From Lama guanicoe (taxonomy: Eukaryota), in contig MU053487.1 of NCBI GenBank assembly GCA_013239625.1, positions 701,058 to 765,057 of the forward strand: 64,000 nt of DNA, given 5' to 3'. Positions 1-11,915 of this stretch are shown in pieces. The first letter of the stretch is position 1, and every line of letters begins with the position of its first letter. The position numbers and the translations under genes were made by a program. A model generated the notes under the pieces. That model saw only the letters and a program-made list of their open reading frames with translations, was not told the DNA's origin and searched no databases.

Positions 1-720
1 CCTCTATCACAGATATCTGTATGACTAAGTTCTGGCCAATGGGATGTAAGTGAAAGGGAGGGGGTACGCTCTTTCCTTCCTTCATTCCTGCTGGTTGGGA
101 TGCAGGCGTGTGATGGCTGGTTACAGTGCAGCCATACTGGAAAATGGGATAGAAATCACATGGCAAGGGGACACCAGCAGCAGATTTAAGGATCGTGGGT
201 CCCTGATGTCTTTACGAAGCTTTCTGTGGTCAGTGTTCTTAATTATTCACTCCCTCTTCCCTGTAGGAGAGAGAATCCTTCATTCTTACTCAGTGCCATG
301 TGATCAGCATGCCTCCCTGTAAACCCCCCAACTCTATTTTCAGGCTTAGCCATGTGACTGGCTTTGTTCAATGAGATGTGAGTAGAGTGATGTATGCCAC
401 ACTCAGTAAGAAGCTTTAAAAGCCACTGCACATTTCCCTAACTCTCTTGCTCCGTCTCTGTGTCACAAGACAACATGTCCCAAATAGGAGCTGATCCTTC
501 AGCCTGGGTCTTGGAAGAAGAATACATATGTAGCAGAGTCATGGCACCAACCTTCTATTATGTGAATGAGAAATAGATATTTATGGTTGTAAGATTTGAA
601 GGACGGATTCGGAAAAGTCCAATCTTTGGACTTCTTCTATGTGAAGGGGAAATTAACATCTGTGTTGTTTGAGACACTGTTTTGTGTTTTCTGCCACTTG
701 TGGTTAGATGGAATTGTAAT
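1..720 (+). mobile_element. Old MaLR (MLT1-type) LTR fragments, apparently one MLT1 (~226-600) nested in another
   Basis: Two MLT1-like motifs (tgactaagttctggccaatgggatgtaag at ~22; catgtgactggctttgttcaatgagatgtgag at ~351) and two MLT1-like 3' ends (~570-597, ~650-705). Boundaries approximate. Confidence 0.6.
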
Positions 721-759
721 TAATTCTTTCTTTTATCTTATTCCAGAGTAAGAATGATG

Positions 760-930
760 TGACCATTCATTGAATTGAAACGCATTTACTCAGCCTGTAG
801 TTTAAGATTCATACTGTGCACAAGACCCTAGGGATGCAAGGTGATCAAACAAGACCCAGACTCTGCCCTCATGGTGCTAAGAGTCTGCTAAGGAACCCAG
901 ACGTGGAACAAAAAAGCCAATTAAGGGAAA
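760..930 (-). mobile_element. L2 LINE 3' end fragment
   Basis: cattcattgaattgaaacgcatttactcagcc...ctctgccctcatgg resembles the reverse complement of the L2 3' terminus. Confidence 0.55.
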
Positions 931-1400
931 TTTCAGGGAGTTGTTTAACAACCAGCTTTCTGAATAAAATAGCCCTGGTTTGGAGCATTTGCCAATTTCT
1001 ATGGTATAAATATTCCCATTATGGCTGACTTCCAGCAATCAAGGTTGTGACACTGAACATGGAGTTAGGAGGAGGTGCTGGCAGTGAGCAAGCCCATGAA
1101 GGACAGCTCCCACCCCGCACTGTATTCTTGGTGCTGTAGATGGACAATGAGCATGACAAAGTCTGAGACAGGATGTAATGTTTGAATAGAAGTTAGCTCG
1201 ACAAAGTTTGGGCTGGAGTGGGGATGGTGAAAGGGGAGGAACTGCAGGTGAAGCAGCTTGTGCCATGGCCCTGTGGCAGCAGCCCAGGCAATTAGAAGGT
1301 TAAGGGGAGTTTTTCTCCATGAGTTTCTGGGAAGGATTGCCTGCACTACCTATAAACAGAAAGAACAAGGAGGTTTCTAATTGGGCTGTTATGACTTTAC

Positions 1401-1562
1401 CAGTGGTTCTTAAACTTGAGAGAGCAAAGGAATCACTTTGTGGGCTTGTCAGAACATAGATTGCTGGATTCCTGCCCCCTCCACTCCCAGTAAGTCTGAG
1501 ATGTGACTAGTCATGCTGCTGCTGCTGCTGCTGCTCTGAGGACCACACTTTGAGAACCACCA
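1401..1562. mobile_element. MER5A-like hAT-Charlie MITE with internal (CTG)n
   Basis: Termini cagtggttct...agaaccacc form imperfect inverted repeats; internal gaccacactttgagaaccac typical of MER5A; (CTG)~7 at ~1514-1535. Confidence 0.75.
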
Positions 1563-3849
1563 GAGTAGCCCATTTGGTGCCACCAAAGCTTAGTTCTTTT
1601 TGTTGGTTTGTTTTTGGCCCCAGAGATCATACTTTGTTACTCTTTTGTTTTTCAGTCTTCTTGCTTGGAAGGACTGTATCAGTTAGTGGGAAGCAAATCC
1701 TTTGCTGCATATCTGTGTCCTGTGAAAGGCAGTATTTCAGAAATAAGACACTGATATCATTAAGTCAAATATCAGTAAGCCAAATATTGAGAGTCATGAT
1801 TTGAAAGATAAAGTCTTTTTGGCAGGCTCAGGTGACTACACTTGGATGTAAGTACAGACCCATTCCCTTTTGAGTAAGTAGGGTTCCCACAAGTACCCCA
1901 AAGTTGATATCCCAAGAACAGAATGGTCTTGCAGCACCATCCAGCATGTAATGGTCACTCTTGTTTTTCCACAGAAGGACTATTTGTTTGGGTATCTCTT
2001 ACGCACTACTTACAACTTCTGTCCTTCACCATCTGTTAAGGAAATCAATCAGTTAGCCAGCCCAGCAATCATTTCTTGTCTGTTGGACACCTATGATGTG
2101 CTGTGATGTCAGCAACCTCTTCTGTAATTTAGAGCTACTTTCTGCTTCCTCTGACTTCCTGACCTTAGCTGAAACCTCACTTATCCTTTTGACTGGAGGC
2201 CTGACCAGATGGAAAATGATTTTTTTCTGCTGTGTGAAAATCTCATTATTAATTTCACCTGGTTCCTTGCAGCTAGCTCTTGGAAGCCAAGCACTTCTCA
2301 GGATATGAGTGATTTGGCCAAAAGAGCCTTTCATGATCTTACCTACAGTGCATTTTACTGAAGTTCCCTTGGTTACTGTCATCTATCCTTGTTGATGCAT
2401 TTTGGTTCACAGTGGTAAGCACTCTACCCTAGAGATCATAAAGTGGTTTAAAAAAAAAAAGCACTGTACCATGCTTCTTTTCAGAGTATTCTTCATTATC
2501 CACCTGACACTTCCAACAGAACATTTGATAAATATTCCAGATACACAGTTACTTACGTCTGGACCAGGTGCATATGCGTCCACTTACTTATTTCACATTC
2601 CCAAATGAGAAAGAATAGAGGGCAAGGCTAGGGAGGGATGATTTCAATTCTCATTTCATTTGCTATTGACCACCTGCTGTCTGCCTAGTTCTATTGTCCA
2701 AGATACTGATAGTAAGTTGAAAAAGCAAGGAGTCACAGTCTGTCTTGAGGGTTAAGACTTGTGCATGGTAGCAAACAATGCAAGACAGTGTAAACTATAT
2801 GGCAAAACAAGTTACCTTAGGTGCAACACATTCCTTGGGTTCAAAGGGCGGGTGAATCAGGGTGTTGCCGCATGGGTGGCGGGCCTTGTGAAAGAGGTAG
2901 ACAGGTGTCTTGGATGTTGGATTCCACACTTATCTCTACCTCTCCCTACTATAACCTTGTATTGGTGGGAGAGGGCATCTTGCCAAAGAGTGAGGGACTT
3001 CTGGGGGGGCAGAGGGGGCATGCTGAGGCGTAGTGAGGGCCACAGTGGGCAGGGTTGGTAAGGTGGGCCTACATATTGGAGTCACTTCAGCACCAAGCTG
3101 AGGAATTTGAACTTTAACCTGCAGTTAATGGGGATGGCCTTAGGGATTTTAGAGGACAGCTGCAAGGTAAGAACCTTATGTTTTTGTGAGACTAGTTGTG
3201 TGACAGTGTGAAGGGACTAGATTTTGGCGAAGCAGAGAGAGAAGGATGGAGACTTGCATACCCCTAGGAAGATGGCCTGAGGAGTGTGGTACCTGTGAGA
3301 TGGAAAGTCAGGGAAGGATGACCATGCAAAGGAAGCTACAAAAGGAACCTGGTGGCTGGATGTCAGGGCTGAAAAAGATGTAAGAGTTCAACTTGCCTTG
3401 CCTTCTTTTTATGGATGGGAATGAGAAGTTTGGTATTGCCACTGAGAGAAATGGACTGGACAGAAGGGCTCCTGTCTGACTAGGAGTCTCTCGTCTATGC
3501 ACTGAGAACTGCCCATCCTCAGGGGATCTGTTCAGTGGATGGTTGGCAGCAGAGGTTGGGATGTAGCTGGGAGTGGGACTGGAGGCAACTCTGTGACAGG
3601 GGTCAGCAGAGGCAGGCCAACTGGCACATGGATTGTCTCTCACTAGAATCAGATTGCTAAGTGACAGTATACAATCAAAAAGGGTAAAGATGATGTTTAT
3701 TTGCAAACCTTTTATTCGTTGCTTATTCTGGGCCACCCAGTGCTGAATACTTTGCATGCACGATCTTGCTTAATTCTCACGCAAACCACCACCTTACATT
3801 GCAGCACAGCAGCAAAGGAAGGAAATGAGGGCACAATTCAAAGTGAGAT

Positions 3850-3929
3850 TTATATATATATGTGTGTGTGTGTGTGTGTATATATAAATAAAAATACATA
3901 TATATAAAATGAAATTATATATATATATA
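3850..3929. repeat. (TA)n/(TG)n microsatellite
   Basis: tatatatatatgtgtgtgtgtgtgtgtgtatatata... seen directly. Confidence 0.9.
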
Positions 3930-4400
3930 AAATGGAATACTACCAGTCATAATGCCAAATAATGCCATTTGCAGCAACATAGATGGACGTGGAGATCATC
4001 ATACTAAGTGAAGTAAGTCAGACAGAGAAAGAAAAATACCATATGATATCACTTATACGTGGAATCTTTAAAAAAGATGAAATAAATGAGCTTATTTACA
4101 AAACAGAAACAGACTCACAGTCATGGAAAACAAACTTGTGGTTACCAGTGGGAGAAGAGGGGACATGGAGGGATAAGTTGGGAGTCTGGGATTTACAGAT
4201 ACTACTATATGTAAAATAGGTAAATCGCAGGGTCCTACTGTAGAGCACAGGGAACTATATTCAGTACCTTGTAATAGCCTATGATGAAAAAGAATATGAA
4301 AAGGAATACATATACATATAACTGAATCAGTATGTTGTACACCAGAAATTAACACTACATTGTAAACCAATGATACTTCAATGAAAAATAAAAACTAAAA
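3930..4400 (+). mobile_element. 5'-truncated L1 (ORF2 C-terminus + 3'UTR + A-rich tail)
   Basis: aatggaatactac...atgccatttgcagcaacatagatggac...ctaagtgaagtaagtcagacagagaaag; translation ...IILSEVSQTEKEKYHMISL is the L1 ORF2 C-terminus; ends aatgaaaaataaaaactaaaa. Confidence 0.9.
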
Positions 4401-4589
4401 GTGGAGCATCCTGGTGCAGGGACAGAGTTGAATGGCTGAACAAAGTAGCTGTAGGACCTCAGGCAACTAACTGAATCTCTTGGAGGCTCCATTTCTTCAG
4501 TGTAAAATAAGTAATAATAGTGATAAAAGTCACATAATAAAAAGTAAAAGTGAGAGTAATAGTCATCTCTATGTTCTGTATCTACTGCT

Positions 4590-4930
4590 GCATATAGTAC
4601 TCACAAGTTAACGTCTTGAAAGACCAAGACTCATTTGTTGTATTTATGAGTCTAATTTGGGCCGGGCCAGGTGGGGACATGTCTCTGCTCCAGAAGGTCT
4701 GGGACCTGTGTTGGGATGGGCTGGCTGGACACCCCTCTCTGTGTGAAGTCTCAGGGCCTGCCTATGTGGTCTCTCCATCATGGCAGATCGGAGGTCCAAG
4801 AACACATGTTCCAGGGGACATAAAGCAGAGGTCTGTGAAGATCAAGGCCTGGAAGCTGGCGCAGCTGCTTTTCCACTGTATTCTATTGGCCTAAGTAGCT
4901 CTAGGTTCTGGGGAAGTAGACAGACCTCTG
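4590..4930 (-). mobile_element. Degenerate MLT1-type MaLR LTR
   Basis: cttttccactgtattctattggcc and gggctggctggacaccctctct resemble reverse-oriented MLT1; boundaries approximate. Confidence 0.5.
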
Positions 4931-5753
4931 CCACTCAATAGAGTGTCCCTTTTTTTTCAGTCCTCTTTAACTGCTGATTCATAGAGTTGTTGAAGATTAA
5001 ATAAGATAATGAACATGAAAATCTTAGCATACCACCTAGAACGTACCTTAAGAGCTCAGTGGATGGTGTCTATTGTCATTATTAGAGGTAGTGTCAGAAC
5101 GATCAGAGATTCGGGACTGAGTAAAGGTGCTGGATTCAATGACTGAGAGGCCACTGGTGATTTTACAGAGACAGTGGTGTATTTATTCTCATGGCTGTGG
5201 TGGAGATGGGGCGGCCAGTGTACAGGAGTTGTAAAGGAGTGAGGGGGGGGTGACTCCAGAGAGGCAGCACATGGGCTAGAAAAGTTCAACTGCAGGACAG
5301 AGGGAAACTGGAGAGTAGCTATGAGTCAGCAGGGGGTGGGCAGCATGGCCGTTTAGAGGACGGTTCTCCCAGGGGGATGGCTCAGTGGTGGGGTGGCAGG
5401 GAGTGGGAGACACGCATATAAGAAGGACAAGGAGAAGAGGAGAAAGGTATTTGGAGGAGGAAGAGTGGTGAGGGAGAGAGACAGAAAAAGTGTGAATCTA
5501 TGTGTCTTTTAAAGGCCCAGTTTATTTTAGGCAAACTATTTATTTAAGCTTTGTATGCAAATGAAAACAGCCAGGATATAAGCTCCTTTGTGAAGGGACT
5601 TTGAGCAGGAGAAGGTTTTGCAGTCCTTATTTCAGGATGGAAGACATGTGGCTGCCTAGGCCAGGCTAAGGGCAGAGCTCCAGCTGGGAGGGGCTCTGGA
5701 CTGGGACATAGGGAAGGGTCAGGGATGTCAGTGCACTTAAAGAGTGGAGGGAG

Positions 5754-6221
5754 ACCATAAATTTGTTTTCTATGTCTGTGAGTCTGTTTCTGTTTTGTGA
5801 ATAAGTTCATTGGTGTCTTTTTTTCTTTCTTTTTTTAGATTCTACATATGAGTGATATCATATAGTATTTTTCTTTCTCTTTCTGGCTTACTTCACTTAG
5901 AATGATGATCTCCAGGTCCGTCCATGCTGCTGCAAATGGCATTGTTTTATTCTTTTTTTGTGACTGAGTAGTATTCCATTGTATAAATATACCACAGCTT
6001 CTTTATCCAGTCATCTGTGATGGACACTTAGGTTGTTTCCATGTCTTGGCTATTGTAAATAGTGCTGCTCTGAACATTGAGATGCATGAATATTTTTGAA
6101 TTAGAGTTCCTTCTGGATATATGCCCAGGAGTGGGATTGCTGGATTATAGGGTAAGTCTATTTTTAGTTTTTTGAGGACTCTCCGTACTGTTTTCCTTAA
6201 TGCCTGCACCAAACTACATTT
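5754..6221 (-). mobile_element. L1 fragment (ORF2 C-terminus + part of 3'UTR)
   Basis: Minus-strand translation LKKLKIDLPYNPAIPLLGIYP...MFRAALFTIAKTWKQPKCPS is the L1 ORF2 C-terminal region; same 3'UTR as the other young L1s here; no poly(A) tail visible. Confidence 0.9.
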
Positions 6222-7295
6222 AGGGCGGGGAAGGTTATGGTTTCTTTGTCCCTTGCTGTATCCCCAGAGCCTAGCCCAGTGGTTGGCAAGTGGTTTGCAT
6301 GTGCTCATTTGTTGCATGAATGCAGGAATGAAGGGGCCATTATAGGGGAGACAGGTGCAGAAGGGGAGCACTAAGAACAAATCTTGGGCATTTTACAAAT
6401 TTGTGAATGGCTCTGTAGGAGGAAGAATAAAGTAGTTCAGATAACTCAGCCAAATCCTTAAAAAATGATTTCCATGTCCCCAGGATGAAATATGGGGGAA
6501 AGGAAGGGTTGGTTCCATGGATCCTGGGTAGGTTTTTCTTTTTCTTTTTTCTCACAACTATGGACAAGTTTGTATTTCTACTTGAAATGCAGAGTGAAAC
6601 AGTGTGCAGCCCTTTAAAAGAGTAGAGTGTGTTTACTTATGCACAGACCATATGGGACTTGGGAGTGGGTGTTCAGGGTACCAAAATAAACTCCCTGGAT
6701 TCGCAGCCATGAGCAGTAAGTCTGGAGCAAAGTTTCTCTTTCACCTTAGGAAACTTGAATTTATTTTAAACAATTTAAAATAGAATGGGTTTTCCCATTA
6801 TAAAGTCAGTGCAGGCCTATTATAAAAAAACATTGAAAAAACACAGTAATGGCAAAGTCTTTTTAGGTGAACTTTGCAGAGCAAAGGTAGGGTGTCGGTT
6901 AATGGCTGCAGCGACAACCCTCAAGACAATGGGAGATCAGAGCCTCTGGGACATTTTTAGGGCAACCTTGAGAGGTGGGCTGTGGCGGGCAGGACCACCT
7001 CTTTCTTCTGCAGGCTGCAGGTTCTGTGTTGGGCTTGGGGCAGTGTCTGTTCTATCAGCCCACCCCTGTAGCCCCACATTACACTACTCAAGTTTCTGTA
7101 AGCCCCCAAAGAAGACCTGGTCTCTCCTTGGGGGAAACAAAGCAGTCTTGTGTTCTGCAAAGATCATCTATTTTCTGCAACACCAGCAGCTTCTGGAGGA
7201 TATGCAGGAACCACAGGGATGATAGAGAAGTTATAACTGACCCTGAAGGCCAACAGGGCTTATTTTTTCATCCAACAACTCATTAGAGGCTCTTC

Positions 7296-7902
7296 TGATA
7301 CAGGAAGATGAGGTGCGAGAGGATGGCCAGGTCCCAGGTCCCAGGTGAGTCCCTGGGACACGACCCATTGAGTGAGGGTCCTTGACTTGTCACAGTTAAG
7401 AATTCAAGAGCGAGCCATGGTAGAGTGAAGGCAGATTTATTTGGAGAGATGCACACTCCATAGACAGAATGCAGGCTGTCTCAGAAGGCCAGAGAGGCCA
7501 AAAGTGTGGGGTTGGGTATTCAGTTTAAAGTAAAGTAGATACTCCAGAGACAAGAGTGTGGGCCATCTAGGAAGGTGAGGGAGCCAGAGGCCGGGAGGCA
7601 CGCTGTTGCTAGTTTTTATGGGCTTGGTTATTTCATATGCTAACAAGTGGAGGCCTATTCTAACTACTTTGGGGAAGGGGCGGGGAGTCCCAGGATTGGG
7701 CCACTGCCCACGTTTTGCCCTTTTATGGTCAGCCTGGGACCGGTCCTGCGTGGGTGGGTGTGGCACTTAGTATGGTAATATATTATAATGAGTGTATAAT
7801 GAAACACAAGGTCTGCTGGGAGTTGAGTCTGCCGCCATCTTGGTGCTAACTGCTGAGTGTTCTTTCCGTGTGGCGGTGGCCGCCCGCTTCTCTCCTGTCT
7901 CA
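7296..7902 (-). mobile_element. Solo ERV1 LTR, MER41-like
   Basis: TG...CA termini with inverted repeat tgatacagga/tcctgtctca (9/10), 4-bp TSD CTTC (7292-7295, 7903-7906), minus-strand AATAAA at 7436-7441; shares cattatacactcatt and aagatgg blocks with the LTR at 55802-56413. Confidence 0.85.
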
Positions 7903-8780
7903 CTTCTCCACAGCCCGTCAGGTGCTGCGGCTACAGCAGGTGAGTGAATAGCACGTTGCCGGCCCCCAGGGACCTGGCAGCTTAGTTATGTCCCCCCAGG
8001 TTTACGTGTGTCCTCACACTTGACGGAGAAGACGCGGGCGTGGGGGAGGGGAGGCTCAGGACCGCCACCAGGGAACCAGCTGCGTCTCCTCAGTGATTCT
8101 CTCCCCACCAACCTCTCAGGCAGTCCCGGTCCCAATTGTGCCGCCTCTTTTCCCGTCACAGAAGTAGAATCAGGAAACTCCTGGAACTTAGGCAAAAGGG
8201 GCCGCGACAGCTTGCGCTGGTACCCGTCCACAGAATGGACGTCGCAGGAACGACCCGAACGTGGCGTCTCAGTCAGCGCTTAGGAGAGAATTCTGAGGGG
8301 CTTGCTTGTTTGTGGGAGAACCCTGGGTGTAAAATGCGGGGGCCTGTGGGATGAGTTTTGTTTACAACACACGTGTTGCCTCAGAAATTCAGCCCTGAGG
8401 AGGCATTTCCAGACTCTTCTGAGTCACGCGCTCCCCCGACAGCGCCGCAGCCTTGGCGGTGACGAGCACCGCGCCTCAGCTGGGATTTTCTGAACACAGC
8501 TCTCCTTGAAGAGATTGTTTGATCCTCCGCACAAACCGTTAGAAGCGCTACCATTTTGGCATCTGAATCCTGCTTTATTCATTGCCTCATACCTAGCAGG
8601 AATTAAAAACGATTTCGTCCATTTACGTTCGAAAATGTTTTGAGAAATACAGCTCCTGGATTCCTGAATACGTAGTTCTAGGTGGCAGCGCCCCGATCGC
8701 CATTTACCATGAATCCAAAGTCCCCGTTGTTCAGAACAGCTCCAACTTCAAAAATTCCGCCCCAGCCGTCAAACGCATAG
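7870..8780. promoter_or_regulatory. CpG-island-like putative promoter region
   Basis: About 55 CpGs in ~0.92 kb by hand count, versus the visibly CpG-poor remainder; GC box ccgccc (~8757), YY1-like cgccattt (8698-8705), AP-1 tgagtca (8420-8426), partial CTCF core ctaggtggcagc (8678-8689). Confidence 0.65.
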
Positions 8781-10119
8781 GTTCTGAAGTTTGGTTTTGA
8801 AAATATGTCTCCATAGCTGGGAGGCAGTTAGTGTTTTGTAGGGACAAGGATTTCGTCCCTGTTTCAGGCTCCCCAGGGGAAATCAGATGCAGTGCCACTT
8901 CCATTCCAGAAATTGCTGTGAGATTTCACGCAGGGAAAGTGAGACTTGCCCTTTTTATTTATTTATTTTTTTCTGTACTTAACTGCATTTTTTTTTTTAA
9001 CCCCTAAAGACAGAGGCTTTGGTGAAACTGAAATGCCACAGTGGTTCAGTTCAGACATTGGCTTAGGAAATGAATTGAGACTCAGGTACCAGATGAATTC
9101 GAGTCAAATCCTGGGGTTCTTTGGGAAGGTAGATTCGTCACTTTGTCAGTATGCCAACTCCCCCTTGAGTGTGGGTTCATTCCTTGGGGCGGTGGCCTGT
9201 GGAGGCATTGGGACTGACCCTAATGAATTGGTAGATCATTCCAGAACTCCACCTGGTGCTCCATTTTGGATGCCATTTTGAAAATTCTTTGAATCCATCA
9301 GGCCTTTGAATTGTCTCCACATCTTGTTTTGTTTTTCTTTGCAAATTTATGACATAAATTTTTTCAATAAAAGTTTAAGAAAGATAATGTAAAATTAAAA
9401 AAAGTAAAGTAAAACATACAACTATTGTTACCAAACATTATCGTTGTTATATAAATCCTTCTAGTCATTTTTACGCGTGTGGGTTTTGTTAGCTTTTAAA
9501 ACAGTTATATCTACAGTAAATGCAGTGTTCATTGCACTGTAAGGTTTTTCCTAAACATAACATAATTAGTAATTAATATTTGTTAGTGAGTCTTCTTGAT
9601 TATTAGTCATTATGTGGTGGTACCTTACTTAAGTGTTCTTCTGAGGGTTGAGGGTTATTCAGGTTGTTTCCAGGTTATCAGTATTACAGCCTGTAATGAA
9701 TATCTTTGTGTGCAGCTTTGTGACATTTAGGATGAGTTCTTAAAGGGTATGTTCCTGGAGCTAAAAATTCAGTGCTCTGTGGGTACAGGTGCTTGACTGA
9801 TGCTTCAAACATTAAAAAAAGTTTATGTTTAAGAATTGATAATTGCTGTTTAAAAGGTGTTTTTAGACTAAGAATTGCTGTGACTTAGAGCTCTGTGTTA
9901 GAATATGTCAAGATTTTTGATTGCCCATTCATCCTCATATTGGGAAGTTGGGAAAAGGAGAGCCTTTCTTGGCCAGGCAGCTCTTCTGCTTGAAGTCTCC
10001 AGGCCCTCCTGCGTGTCCAGTGATGTCAGTGTGCAGGGCTCTGCATAGACAGGGGGCATTTGTTCTCTAGCTGTTTGGCAGAGAATGTGACAAAAAACTT
10101 AGGATTACTTGAAAGATAC

Positions 10120-10489
10120 TGTTATGGACTCAATGTTTGTGTCCCTCCAAAATTCATATGTTGAAACTTTAGCTCCCAGTGTGATGGTATTTAGAGGTGG
10201 AGCCTTTGGAAAGTGATTATGATTAGATGAGGTCATGGGAGTGGAGTCCCCATGATGGATTTGGTGCCCTTATAAGAAGAGGATGTGAGACCAGAGCCCT
10301 GCTACCCCTGCCCCACCCTTCCATGTGAGAATACAGTGAGAAGGTGGCTGTCTGCAGACCTGGAAAATGACCCTCAGCAAGAACCAAATCTCAGACTTCC
10401 CAGCCTCCAGAAATGTGAGAAATAAATGTCTGTTGTTTGAGCCACGCGGTCTTTGGTGTTCTGTCAGAGCTGCCTACCCTGACTAAGGC
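10120..10489 (+). mobile_element. MLT1A-type MaLR solo LTR
   Basis: Starts tgttatggactcaatgtttgtgtccctccaaaattcatatgttgaaac; ends cagcctccagaaatgtgagaaataaatgtctgttgtttgagccac...gactaag; ~370 bp. Confidence 0.85.
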
Positions 10490-11519
10490 CTTCTACTCCT
10501 TTAGACTGTCTCCATTTTATCCTTGCATCTGGTGGGACCTCACGAGAGCTCACACCAGCTTGTTCTGGGCCCTTTAAAATGAGTGTTTCTGAATTGTGTT
10601 TGGAATGTTGCTCTCAGCCTCCTGAGGGGAGGGATGCTCTGGGAACTGGCAGGACAGAATGTGTTCTCAGCCCTCCGTGGCTCCCCTATGCCTCCCAGGC
10701 TGCAGTCCTAGGAGCATTTTCACCACTTGTCAGCTACCATCTTGTTTTTATTGATTAGACACAGCATGGTGTTGCTTAACCAGCCAGAGTTCTTCCCAAA
10801 GCCACATTATCAGGTCATCCTCAGCCATGCTGCAAAACCTCAGCAGGCTGGATGACCCACCAGCCAGTTCAAACACATGGTGAGGTGCCCCAAACACTTA
10901 TTGCTATACTTTTCCATTTTCAATATACCCATGGAGAATTTCATAGCAGGAAATCTAGAAAAAGAGCTGTTTTCATTTCAGTGCAGATGTATGTTTTGTG
11001 TTTGGTCTGATAGTGCCTTTGTTTGAGTTGCCAGCATGGGGATGGGGGCCTGTAAAGGCCTTTATCTGGCCTGTTCTTACAGTCAGTTTTGTGGACTCAC
11101 CTTAACCCCTGTCTTTATGTTGTGTTTATTTCGCCACACATTGTTTATTTAGTTTGATCTGCTGAACAGTAAGCACTTTCATAAGCCACATGCAGTAATT
11201 TTGGAAACTAGATGGGATCTAAGCATATCCCAGAAATAAAATTTGATTTATTGGGTCAAAAGATGTGAATATTTTTGAGGCTGTTAGTACATGCTACTGA
11301 TAAACTTTCCTTTCCCTGATTCCTTCTCAAGGCTGCCATCTGGTTTTTCTTGGACTTCAGGCTGGGACTAATGTGAGCGGTCGTTAGTGAGCTGGTACTA
11401 ATGGATCTTAAAAAACTCTCAGCAATGAAATAAGTGGGTCCATGTTCACTTGATAGGAAGATGCAGTGAATGTAAGATCAGGTTTTTTTTTTTTATTCCA
11501 ACTCCCTCTCCCCTCTATG

Positions 11520-11915
11520 CCAGTTGGGTTCCCCAGGGAAGCCAGCCCTGAGGCTGATGGAGGATACAGGGGGCTTTCTAGGATGTGCTCTTGGGTTCCA
11601 CACTTGTGGAAGGGAAGAGCAGGAGCAGGACTAGGAGAGAGAGAAGCTGGGCTGTGATGGAGTCTCAGTGAGGTCCTCAGGATGGTTCCACAGGGAGCAC
11701 TAAAGCTGGGATGGCCCTTCAAAATTGTTGTAAGCTAGGGTGAGAAGGTCCGGAGGATCAGTGCATGAAGCCAGATGCTTGTAGAAGTACATGTGACCTC
11801 AGGCAAGGCAATCGCCAAAGGGGGCTGACAGCTGAGGGTGGTATGCAAGGTGGTCTCTCACACACGTGTGGGAATGTTCTTATTTGTCCTACAGGGGGAC
11901 TGGGACAGTGTGTCA
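11520..11915 (-). mobile_element. ERVL LTR16-like LTR
   Basis: ttgggttccccagggaagc...gtgctcttggg...tgtggaagggaagagcaggagcaggactagg...gagaagctgggctgtgatg matches a recalled LTR16-type sequence; similar copy at ~59865. Confidence 0.55.

Noticed and set aside
2053..2382. 109-aa minus-strand ORF in unique sequence
   Set aside because: No recognisable homology and no supporting exon structure; length is within chance expectation.
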